DNA of 64,000 nucleotides from an uncultured Acidimicrobiia bacterium (GTDB lineage Bacteria; Actinomycetota; Acidimicrobiia; Spongiisociales; UBA5794): NCBI GenBank assembly GCA_963708235.1, contig OY970200.1, positions 847,757 to 911,756 of the forward strand, read 5' to 3'. Shown piece by piece: positions 28,721 to 37,250 of this stretch (position 1 is its first letter; each line of letters starts with the position of its first letter). The notes under the pieces were generated by a model. It saw only the letters and a program-made list of their open reading frames with translations, ran no database searches and was not told where the DNA came from. The position numbers and the translations under genes were made by a program.

Positions 28721-30043
28721 ATGACCTCCGGGGGTGGTCCTCCTGCCGCCACGTGGCGTTCCGTCCAGCGCACCTACCTGCTCCTGATGCTGCTGTCGAC
28801 GCTGTCGGCATCGCTCATCTGGGGTATCAATACGCTGTTCCTGCTCGATGCCGGGCTCAGCAACGCCCAGGCGTTCGGCGCCAACGCCTTCTTCACCGCC
28901 GGCATGGTCCTGTTCGAGATCCCCACCGGGGTGATCGCCGACACCAGGGGACGGCGCGCCTCGTATCTGCTCGGGGCCGGGACGCTGCTGTTGTCCACCG
29001 TGGTCTACCTGCTGATGTGGGAGTGGCAGGGGCCGTTCTGGGGTTGGGCGCTGGCCTCGGTGTTCCTCGGGCTCGGTTTCACCTTCTTCTCGGGGGCGGT
29101 CGAGGCATGGCTGGTCGATGCCCTCCACGCCACCGGCTACGAGGGCGACCTCGACCCGGTGTTCGCCCGCGGTCAGGTGGTGACCGGGGTGGCGATGCTG
29201 TCGGGGTCGGTGGCCGGAGGACTCATCGCCCAGTTCACCAACCTGGGCGTCCCCTACATGGTCCGTGGGGTGATGCTCGGGATCACGTTCGTGGCGGCGG
29301 CGGTGTGGATGCGCGACCTGGGATTCACACCACGCCGTGGTGAGCGACCGCTTGCCGAGGTGCAGAAGGTGCTCAGCGATTCGCTGACCGCAGGGCTGGG
29401 GAACCGCCCGGTCAGGTGGATCATGCTGGCGCAGGTGTTCATCAGCGGGGTCGCCATCTATGCCTTCTACGCCGCCCAGCCGTATCTGCTGGAGCTGTAC
29501 GGGGACACGGCGGCCTTCGGGATCGCCGGTCTCGCCGCCGCCATCGTCGCCGGGTCCCAGATCGCAGGTGGGCTCACCGTGCCGTTGGTTCGGCGGATGG
29601 TCCGGCGCCGCACCGACGCCCTGATCGCATCGGCGGCCGTGGCCGTGGTCGCCCTGGCACTGATCTCGATGACGGACCGATTCTGGGTCGCCCTGGTCCT
29701 GCTGGCGGCATGGAGCCTGGTGGGCGCCGCCGTGTTCCCGATTCGTCAGGCCTATCTCAACGGGTTGATCCCGTCGGCGCAGCGCGCCACCGTGCTGTCG
29801 TTCGATTCGCTGATGGGATCGGCCGGAGGGGTGGTCACCCAGCCGGTGCTCGGCCGCGTGGCCGACGCATCGGGGTATGCGATGTCCTACCTGGTGTCGG
29901 CAGGGATCACGGTGGCGGCGCTCCCGTTCCTGGTGCTGGCCCGTCGGGAACGTGCGGTGTCGGACCCGATCACGGTCGAGACCGTCTCCGGAACCGCCCC
30001 GCCGCCAGGCGGTCCTGATCCCTCAGGGCCGGCGCCGCCGTAG
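28721..30043 (+). CDS. MFS transporter.
   Basis: 12 predicted TM helices. The MFS loop motif GVIADTRGRR lies between TM2 and TM3. Confidence 0.8.
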   Translation: MTSGGGPPAATWRSVQRTYLLLMLLSTLSASLIWGINTLFLLDAGLSNAQAFGANAFFTAGMVLFEIPTGVIADTRGRRASYLLGAGTLLLSTVVYLLMWEWQGPFWGWALASVFLGLGFTFFSGAVEAWLVDALHATGYEGDLDPVFARGQVVTGVAMLSGSVAGGLIAQFTNLGVPYMVRGVMLGITFVAAAVWMRDLGFTPRRGERPLAEVQKVLSDSLTAGLGNRPVRWIMLAQVFISGVAIYAFYAAQPYLLELYGDTAAFGIAGLAAAIVAGSQIAGGLTVPLVRRMVRRRTDALIASAAVAVVALALISMTDRFWVALVLLAAWSLVGAAVFPIRQAYLNGLIPSAQRATVLSFDSLMGSAGGVVTQPVLGRVADASGYAMSYLVSAGITVAALPFLVLARRERAVSDPITVETVSGTAPPPGGPDPSGPAPP

Positions 30044-30079
30044 CCCGGTGGTTCCCGCTCCGGTGGCCCGTACCGGAAA

Positions 30080-30451
30080 TCAGGCGGTGCGGGTACGCCG
30101 CGCCGCCATGAACGACCGGATGGCGAGGATGAGGTAGACGACGAGGCCGATCGCCATCACCGACTGGGTTCCGACCGCCCAGGGCCGTTCCAGGTCATCG
30201 CCGCTGAGCAGCGCCGGGAGATCCGCCAGTCCCATCGCCGAACCGAGCAGACCGAGCACGGCGACACCGGCGGCGATGTGCATGGTCAGGGCGCGCCGTT
30301 CCGGGCTCTCGCCAAGGAATCCGAGGATGGCGAACACCACCCCGAAAAAGGCGGGGATCAACGCCGTGACGCTGGAGGTATCGGAGCCGACATAGCCGAC
30401 GATTCCGAGCACGATGAAACCGAGACCGAACAGAAGGGTGATTCTTGGCAT
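30080..30451 (-). CDS. Small four-helix membrane protein of unknown function.
   Basis: MPRITLLFGLGFIVLGIVGYVG...: four hydrophobic segments in 123 aa. Divergent from the giant gene. Confidence 0.4.
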   Translation of the reverse strand: MPRITLLFGLGFIVLGIVGYVGSDTSSVTALIPAFFGVVFAILGFLGESPERRALTMHIAAGVAVLGLLGSAMGLADLPALLSGDDLERPWAVGTQSVMAIGLVVYLILAIRSFMAARRTRTA

Positions 30452-30587
30452 CGTCGGATGGTACCCGAGTCGTCGGGAGCGCCCCATTCGGCCGGCCCGC
30501 AAACCGGTCCTCGGGTATTTCGGAAACCTTGTATCTGCCGTGCCGCTGGGCGCTCATGTGGTCAGGCTTCCGAGGAAAGGGACGGTG

Positions 30588-33500
30588 ATGGGTCGAACAC
30601 TGGTCGACATCGGCTTCGATGGGGGAACGGTATTCAACGCGGCGCCGACGGCGCTTGCCCTCAAGACCGCCGGGGCCGCGGTGACGGTGCGGGACGACTC
30701 CGCTGCGGTCACGCTTGCCGCCACCTCGCGCCTCCAGGTAGGACGTGACCCGGCGCTCGATGCGCTCGGCGCCTTCACCGTCGAAGCGGTGGTCTCCACC
30801 GACAAGTTCGGGTCCACCCAGACGCTGGTCGAGTCCCAGACACCACCGCTGCGTCTCGAGATCGATCGCACCGGCATCCTGCGTGGGGCGGTCCACACCG
30901 CCGACGGATGGCAGCAGGTGGTTGCGGACACCCCGCTCACCAAGCAGCAGGAATCGACGGTGCGTCTGGTTCGTGACGACGGTGGTCGCCTCCGGATAGA
31001 GCTCGACGGCAAGATCGTCGGGGAGGCCACGGCAACCGGGACCCTCAGCCCGACCGGTCGTGCCGGGATGTCGATCGGCACCGACATCGCCGGTAAGAAC
31101 GGATTCGTCGGCACCATCAGCGGGCTGCGGGTGCTCGACGAAATGGTCACCACGGGAACGATCCGGGCGCTCACCGCCAAGGCCAACAAGCTCCGTGACC
31201 GGCTGGTGGACCTCTACAAGATCGACGTCTCGGTCTATCTCGATCCTGCGACCGTCGATGAGCGCTTCAACGGGATCAAGGCGATCATGCGCGCCGCCGG
31301 GGTCGACGACCTCTCCAAGCTCTCCAAACTCACCATCAACCAGCCGACGAAGCTGCTCCCCGGGACCATCCTGCGGGCGCCCGATTCGGGCGGGGTCACC
31401 GGTGTGCTGGACTGGGCCCTGGTGGCGAAGCAGTTCGCCACCATCGCCAAGACCGACGTCACCGGTGCGGCGCGGCTGATGGACACCTCCCTGCCGACCC
31501 GGAGGATCAGCACCGAGCGGATGCTCGAACTCGACCCGGAACGGATGGTGATCAACGGGTCGATCCGAGCCACCACCACCGCCAGCGTCAGCGACGCCGT
31601 CTCGGTGACGCGGACCGCCGACGAGCCGATCACCTTCGACACCACGGCGATCTCGACCACCTCGATCGGCGGTGACATCGGTGCCATCCGGACCTCACGC
31701 ACCGGACGTCACCTGAGCGACGTCACGCTGACTGGACGCCGGACCATCGAACGCAGTCTGATCGAACGGGATGTTGCGGAGATCCGCTCCGACGTCGTGC
31801 TCCATCGCAGCGTCCCCGATGTCGTCGCCGGTCTCGTCGACGACATCAGTGCCATCGAAGGGGTGGAACGGCTCAACCGCGACCATCCCGGTGCATGGCC
31901 GGTGATGTCGATGGCCCCGATGATGTTCACCTCGACCGTCCTACCGGTCGACTCGGCCGTGATCATCGCCCGCCGTCTCGATCTCACCAACCAGACCCTG
32001 GAGATCGACCCTGCCGTCGGCACGCTCTATATCATCGTCGAGGACTTCGAAGCATCCTCCGGGGCCAAGATCACCTGGAAGCGCCCGGTGCTCGACGTCC
32101 CCAACATCGGGCCGGACCCGGCGCTCAACGGGCACCCAAACTGGTCCGGTGTGCACACCTCGGGTTCCAAGCACGGGCTGCCGGGCGGCGACGCCGGCAA
32201 CGGGGCACCGGGTCTGGCCGGTCGTTCCGGGATCGACGCCCCCAGCGTCGAGATCTGGGCACTTCGCGCCAACGGAATGCCCGACATCGACCTTGCCGGG
32301 CAGCCGGGCGGCCAGGGCGGCCGCGGTCAGCAGGGCGGTCGTGGCGGTCGTGGCGCCGATGGGGAGGCGGGCAAGTGGTGGTGGGCTTTCGGGAAGCGTT
32401 GCTGGGAGGATCCCGGCAACGGCGGCTCGGGTGGTCGGGGCGGTGACGGCGGGCGCGGCGGTCGCGCCGGCGACGGCGGCGATGGGGGGAACATTCTGTT
32501 CGCCGTACTCGAGGAGAGCCTCGCCGCCCTGACCACCAGCAATGCGTTCTCTCCCAATCTGGGTGCAGGGAACGGCGGGCCGGGCGGTGCCGGCGGCGTC
32601 CGTGGGGAAGGGGGTGCCGGGGGGAGCCGCGGCTTCACCGAGGTGTGCTCGGGTGGAAGCGCAGGCGCCCAAGGTCAACCCGGACAAGTAGGTCCCACGG
32701 GCACCGCCGGTGTCGCCGGAAACGCAGGCCAGATGCGGATCATGACGGTCACCCAGGAATCCTGGGACGAGCAGCTCACCCGACCCTGGCTCTATGACGT
32801 CACGCCCAATGCGGCGCTGCCAGGCACCACCGTGATCCTCAAGGGAAGCCGGTTCGCCGACACCGACCAGGTGAGGATCGGCACCACGGTCCTCGCCTCC
32901 ACCCTGCGAGCCGACGAGGGGCTCAACGTCACGTTGCCCACCTCGATCGCCGGCGGTCAGCACCAGCTCTACACCCGCCGCCACGACGGGCAGGAGAGCA
33001 ACCGGCTGCCGATCATCATCAAGCCCCAGATCACCGGCTCCCTGCCGGTGGTGACGCCCGGTGTGCCGGCGACGGTCGATGGCCGGTCCTTTGTGACCGG
33101 TGCGGCGGTCGACTACGACGGTGCCCTGTATCCGGCCACCGTGGCGTCGCCGACCCGCCTCACCTTCACCGTCCCCGAGACGGCAGGGCCGGTGTCGGCC
33201 GAACACGACGTGACCTTGACGGTGGTCAACCCGGACGGTCAGCGCAGCAACACCGTCACCGCCACCGTCCCCCAGGTGCTCAAGAACGGATTCCGCCTCG
33301 GGGTGCACGACTTTGCGTTCCCCAACGACGCCGACGGGCGACCGAGCTGGTCGACCTTCGAGACCACCTTCGGCGCCGTCGAGGTGTGGCACGAGTTGCT
33401 GGACCCGGTGTTCGGGCATCCGATCCTCACCGCGGCGTTCTACGCCTTCTACAAGCACTTCCTCGACGGGACGGTCAACGGCGGGCTGGCGACGGGCTTC

Positions 33501-34736
33501 TGCACGTCACTGGCGTCCGATGCGCTCGACCGCTTCTGGTCGGGCCGCAACGACACCTTCACCGCCGTGACCCGGGATGTGGAGTTCCGGCGGCATCTCA
33601 CCGCCATCCACGGCAAGCTGCTCAGCCGGGAGTCTTTGATCGGGTTCCACGATCAGAGCCGGCGGGGTCAGGCCAACGTGGCGACGACGTTCCGCACCAT
33701 CGAGTCCAACTTCCGCAACGGTGGGACCAGGGAGACGGCCCCGATGTTGTTCTTCGTTCCGTCCGGGGCGGCGTGGGACGCCGGCTATTTCGACATGCTG
33801 GCCAGCAGCCACTGCATCGTCCCGATCCGCATCACCTACCCTCCGGGTTCCGACGGCACGGCAAGTCTCGACGGCATCCGCATGCACTGCTGGGACAACA
33901 ACCACCCGGCCGATCCCGACTGCTTCGTCGACTTCCGGGTGGTGGGCGGCGAGACCCGCTTCACCTACACGGCGGCCGGGAGCACCAGCTTCCAGTCGGA
34001 GGACGGGATCACGCTGGCGACGGCGTCGCTCGGGGAGTACCTGTTGCGGGATCACGACCTGCCGTTCAGCGGTCCGCTCGGGTTGACCCGCTTCGTGCTC
34101 GACTTCCTCCTCTCGCCGGCGACGATGTCGGTGGTCGACGACTCCGGTCGGGTCACCGGCCAGGTGGGCGGGCAGATCCTCTCCGAGATCCCCGACAGTC
34201 ACCCGATGTACCTGGTTCCCAACGGATACCTGCTCCCCACCGGGGTCGGGATGACCCGTCGCATCACTGGAACCGCCACCGGGACCTACTCCTACGGGTC
34301 GCTGGGACCCGACGGAACCTCGATCGGGCTGGTCGACGTGCCCACGGCGTCGGGCGAGGTGGACCGGGTGCTGGCCAACGGCGACGGGACCAGGATCCGG
34401 TTTGTCCCCGGCAACGCCAAGACGGTCGACCTCACCCTGGGGCGCCAGGTCGCCGGCCACGCCAGGGGGGTCAGCGTGGAGCGGTTCGCCGCCACCCCGA
34501 CGTCGGATCTCGATGTGACCATCTCGCCCGATCTGTCGCTGGTGCGGGTGGCCAACACCGGTGCCGACACCCAGGTGGATGTCAAGCTGCTCGACTTCCG
34601 GCTGTCCAACAGCCAGCGGGCCAGCCTGGCTCGACCGGCCATCCAGTTGCCCGCCGACCACGACCTGGTGGTCGCCGTCACCAACTGGCCGAGCCTCAGC
34701 GACTCCGCCGTGACGACCACGGTGGTCGCCCACTGA
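30588..34736 (+). CDS. Giant (1382-aa) multidomain protein: lectin/LamG-like N-terminus, Ser/Thr-rich region, Gly-rich GGxGG and collagen-like GXY repeats, two IPT/TIG-like Ig domains, and a ~420-aa C-terminal domain of unknown function.
   Basis: ATG with an AGGAAAGG ribosome-binding site 7 nt upstream. aa ~30-190 are LamG-like (…GFVGTISGLRVLDE). aa ~590-770 read GRGGRGADGEAG...GNGGSGGRGGDGGRGGRAGDGGDGG...GQPGQVGPTGTAGVAGNAGQ. aa ~790-950 hold two Ig-like repeats (LYDVTPNAALPGTTVILKGSRF...; ITGSLPVVTPGVPATVDGRSF...VVNPDGQRSNTVTATV). The C-terminus has GFCTSLASD and SSHCIVP. No signal peptide or TM segment. Confidence 0.7.
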   Translation: MGRTLVDIGFDGGTVFNAAPTALALKTAGAAVTVRDDSAAVTLAATSRLQVGRDPALDALGAFTVEAVVSTDKFGSTQTLVESQTPPLRLEIDRTGILRGAVHTADGWQQVVADTPLTKQQESTVRLVRDDGGRLRIELDGKIVGEATATGTLSPTGRAGMSIGTDIAGKNGFVGTISGLRVLDEMVTTGTIRALTAKANKLRDRLVDLYKIDVSVYLDPATVDERFNGIKAIMRAAGVDDLSKLSKLTINQPTKLLPGTILRAPDSGGVTGVLDWALVAKQFATIAKTDVTGAARLMDTSLPTRRISTERMLELDPERMVINGSIRATTTASVSDAVSVTRTADEPITFDTTAISTTSIGGDIGAIRTSRTGRHLSDVTLTGRRTIERSLIERDVAEIRSDVVLHRSVPDVVAGLVDDISAIEGVERLNRDHPGAWPVMSMAPMMFTSTVLPVDSAVIIARRLDLTNQTLEIDPAVGTLYIIVEDFEASSGAKITWKRPVLDVPNIGPDPALNGHPNWSGVHTSGSKHGLPGGDAGNGAPGLAGRSGIDAPSVEIWALRANGMPDIDLAGQPGGQGGRGQQGGRGGRGADGEAGKWWWAFGKRCWEDPGNGGSGGRGGDGGRGGRAGDGGDGGNILFAVLEESLAALTTSNAFSPNLGAGNGGPGGAGGVRGEGGAGGSRGFTEVCSGGSAGAQGQPGQVGPTGTAGVAGNAGQMRIMTVTQESWDEQLTRPWLYDVTPNAALPGTTVILKGSRFADTDQVRIGTTVLASTLRADEGLNVTLPTSIAGGQHQLYTRRHDGQESNRLPIIIKPQITGSLPVVTPGVPATVDGRSFVTGAAVDYDGALYPATVASPTRLTFTVPETAGPVSAEHDVTLTVVNPDGQRSNTVTATVPQVLKNGFRLGVHDFAFPNDADGRPSWSTFETTFGAVEVWHELLDPVFGHPILTAAFYAFYKHFLDGTVNGGLATGFCTSLASDALDRFWSGRNDTFTAVTRDVEFRRHLTAIHGKLLSRESLIGFHDQSRRGQANVATTFRTIESNFRNGGTRETAPMLFFVPSGAAWDAGYFDMLASSHCIVPIRITYPPGSDGTASLDGIRMHCWDNNHPADPDCFVDFRVVGGETRFTYTAAGSTSFQSEDGITLATASLGEYLLRDHDLPFSGPLGLTRFVLDFLLSPATMSVVDDSGRVTGQVGGQILSEIPDSHPMYLVPNGYLLPTGVGMTRRITGTATGTYSYGSLGPDGTSIGLVDVPTASGEVDRVLANGDGTRIRFVPGNAKTVDLTLGRQVAGHARGVSVERFAATPTSDLDVTISPDLSLVRVANTGADTQVDVKLLDFRLSNSQRASLARPAIQLPADHDLVVAVTNWPSLSDSAVTTTVVAH

Positions 34737-34875
34737 CCGAGACCGCTCGGCGGCCCGTTCGCCGCTGCGAGATGTGCACCTGGGGGGGTGCATGCCGGGT
34801 CACCTCAATCCGTCAAGGACTGAGGTGACCTCGGCGCGTCCGGTCCCGAGGTAGCTCGAGCGTCTGCTTCTCGTG

Positions 34876-35040
34876 GCCCCGGTTCTCTTTCTTGGCCCTC
34901 CCCGCCCTTTCCCTGCCCCTTTTTGGGGCGGGGTGGCCACGGACGCTTTGCGGCCGTGGACGGGGTGGGGCGCTGCGCACGCTTGCGGACGCAGTCCGTA
35001 GAGGCGGGGTGCCTCCGAGGTATTGGGAGGAGGCGGGGCG
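34876..35040. repeat. Copy C of the GC-rich inverted-repeat element family, in opposite orientation to copies A and B.
   Basis: The reverse complement reads CCTCCTCCCAATACCTCGGAGGCACCCCGCC...GGGCGGGGAGGGCCAAGAA. This matches both termini of copy A (2741-2900), with a different internal segment. Confidence 0.55.
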
Positions 35041-35216
35041 GGGCGCGAAGTCTGCATCCCGGTGGTCATGTCGCGTGCGGTTGCCAAGCGTCGTCGCCGA
35101 GGGGTGGGTGCCAGCTGGATGCACGACCGCCGCAAACCTGTACGATCGATTGGTCCGATCGCCGTAGTGCGACGGGCAGGAGGGCGAGCCGTCTCGCCTC
35201 GCCATGAAGGAGTGCA

Positions 35217-35825
35217 ATGGCCCCGCCGATCTCGCGCGGGTTCCGGCGACGACGGCCGGAGTCCGCAGACCCCGCTCGGGTCCCTCCGGGTCAATACGTC
35301 ACCGGTGACTTCCCGGTGTTGTCCGCCGGGCCAACCCCACGCACCCGGCTGGACACGTGGACCTTCACCATCAGCGGCGTCGTCGACCGGGAGCGCACCT
35401 GGAGCTGGGATGAGCTGATGGCGCTCCCCGCCGAGCGTCCTACGGTCGACATCCACTGTGTCACCAAGTGGTCGAAGTTGGACACCGAGTGGACCGGGGT
35501 GTCGCTCGACGTCCTGCTCGACGGCATCGTGACCGACGCCACCTATGCGCTTGCGGGGTCCGACGGTGGGTACACCACCAACCTGCCGCTGGCCGACCTC
35601 ACCGGTGGGAAGGCGTGGGTTGCGTACGGGTTCGACGGGGAGCCACTTCATCCCGAACACGGGGGTCCCGCCCGGCTGCTGGTTCCCCACCTGTATTTCT
35701 GGAAGAGCGCCAAGTGGGTGCGGGGGATAGAGCTGAAGATCGAGGACGATCCCGGCTTCTGGGAACGCTACGGCTATCACGATTACGGGGACCCATGGAA
35801 AGAACAGCGGTACCGGGGCGACTGA
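35217..35825 (+). CDS. Sulfite oxidase-like (YedY/MsrP-type) molybdopterin oxidoreductase subunit.
   Basis: VTGDFPVLSAGPTP...HCVTKWSKLDTEWTGVSL...GGPARLLVPHLYFWKSAKWVRGIEL is typical of the SO-family Mo-cofactor domain. Confidence 0.7.
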   Translation: MAPPISRGFRRRRPESADPARVPPGQYVTGDFPVLSAGPTPRTRLDTWTFTISGVVDRERTWSWDELMALPAERPTVDIHCVTKWSKLDTEWTGVSLDVLLDGIVTDATYALAGSDGGYTTNLPLADLTGGKAWVAYGFDGEPLHPEHGGPARLLVPHLYFWKSAKWVRGIELKIEDDPGFWERYGYHDYGDPWKEQRYRGD

Positions 35826-36544
35826 GCTGGTGTCGCGCCGTGGTCACCTCGGTCATCGAGGAGACCCCCCGGGTGCGCAGCCTGATCCTTGCCTGTCCCG
35901 GGTGGACGGGCCACCGACCCGGCCAGCACGTCGACGTCCGCCTCACCGCCGAGGACGGTTATCAGGCGCAGCGGGCCTATTCCATCGCATCGGCGGGCGA
36001 GGAGCCGGGGCTGATGCTCACCGTCGAGCGGCTCGACGACGGAGAGGTGTCGCCCTATCTCGTCGACGAGGTCCGGCCGGGCGACGAGCTCGAGGTGCGC
36101 GGTCCGATCGGCGGGTACTTCACCTGGCAGGTGGGGGAGGGCGCCCCCCTCCTGCTGATGGCGGGAGGTTCGGGGGTGGTGCCGTTCCGGGCGATGTTGC
36201 GCCACCGGTCGCTGGCGCACAGCCGGGTGCCGGTGCGTCTCCTGTACTCGGTGCGGTCCGATGACGAGGTGATCTACGGACCGGAACTGACGCAGCTGGC
36301 CGCCGCCGAACAGGTCGATGTGCGGATCACCTACACCCGCCGTCCGCCGGATGGCTGGACCGGTCACCGGGGCCGGATCGACATGGCGATGGTGGCGGCG
36401 ACCGCCTGGGACCCGGTGGAGCGGGCACATGTGTTCATCTGCGGTCCTTCGGGGTTCGTCGAAACCGCCTCCAACCTCCTGGTGGATCTCGGTCACGATC
36501 CTGCACTGATCAGGACCGAGCGGTTCGGCCCTTCCGGGAGCTGA
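35795..36544 (+). CDS. FNR-like FAD/NAD(P)-binding oxidoreductase (ferredoxin-reductase type). Probable redox partner of the upstream Mo-enzyme.
   Basis: RAYSIAS (RxYS FAD motif)...MAGGSGVVPF (NAD GGxGxxP)...FICGPSGFVE. The start is uncertain: the ATG at 35795 overlaps the upstream gene by 31 nt. Confidence 0.6.
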   Translation: MERTAVPGRLSWCRAVVTSVIEETPRVRSLILACPGWTGHRPGQHVDVRLTAEDGYQAQRAYSIASAGEEPGLMLTVERLDDGEVSPYLVDEVRPGDELEVRGPIGGYFTWQVGEGAPLLLMAGGSGVVPFRAMLRHRSLAHSRVPVRLLYSVRSDDEVIYGPELTQLAAAEQVDVRITYTRRPPDGWTGHRGRIDMAMVAATAWDPVERAHVFICGPSGFVETASNLLVDLGHDPALIRTERFGPSGS

Positions 36545-36626
36545 CCACGGGCGTCCCTTCCGGTAATCCCAGCCATCCCGGGATGCTCGGGGTACGGTGG
36601 GGCTCTCCGACCTGGAAGGGCCAACC

Positions 36627-37058
36627 ATGACCGCACCCGACGATCCGATCTCCCCGAATGTGCCGGCCACCGGGAGCCAGCCGAATGCCGCCCTTGCGCA
36701 GATGTCGCAGGGGGAGAAGATGTTCGGGCTCGGCGCCGCCATGGTGCTGGCTGCCGACCTGATCGGCGGTCTCATCGCCGAGGAATACGTCGCCGGCCAC
36801 CTGGTGTGGTTCCTCGCCGCACTGGGTCTCGCCGCCGTCTACGTCCAGAGGTTCCGCAGCGGTGTCCTGCCGCTCCCTTACGGGTGGGTACTCGGCGTCA
36901 TCGGATTGTCGGTGGCAGCGGTCACCATCCGGGTATTCCTCGGCGATGTCACCAACAACCTGTTCGACCGTGGAGCGGGAACCATCATCTTTGCCCTGAT
37001 CACCTATGCGGGCGCCGCTCTCATGGGTGTCGGTGGCTGGCAGGCCCGGAAATCCTGA
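36627..37058 (+). CDS. Small membrane protein of unknown function.
   Basis: 4 hydrophobic helices. GGAAGGG ribosome-binding site 7 nt before the ATG. Confidence 0.4.
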   Translation: MTAPDDPISPNVPATGSQPNAALAQMSQGEKMFGLGAAMVLAADLIGGLIAEEYVAGHLVWFLAALGLAAVYVQRFRSGVLPLPYGWVLGVIGLSVAAVTIRVFLGDVTNNLFDRGAGTIIFALITYAGAALMGVGGWQARKS

Positions 37059-37084
37059 GCTGACCTCTGGATCTCGACGACGAA

Positions 37085-37111
37085 TGCCCCACCGGCCGTC
37101 GGTGGGGCATC
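37085..37111. terminator. GC-rich hairpin ATGCCCCACCG-gccgt-CGGTGGGGCAT, a putative intrinsic terminator.
   Basis: 11-bp perfect stem located 27 nt after the stop of the 36627..37058 gene. No U-tract, as is common in high-GC actinobacteria. Confidence 0.4.
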
Positions 37112-37250
37112 GTTGCGTCCGGACACCGTCCCCCGGACTCCGGAGTGGCGCCCCAGGCAATCAGCGCCCGGAAGCGGTTGGCTCCCGGGCGCTGATCGGT
37201 TCGAGGTGTGCGCCCCGTTTCCGGGAGGCACGGGTGTCACGAGATGTGGC

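Noticed and set aside
30588-34736. The giant protein as part of a prophage tail-fibre locus.
   Set aside because: No phage structural, integrase or lysis genes lie in the flanks. It is kept as a stand-alone chromosomal gene.
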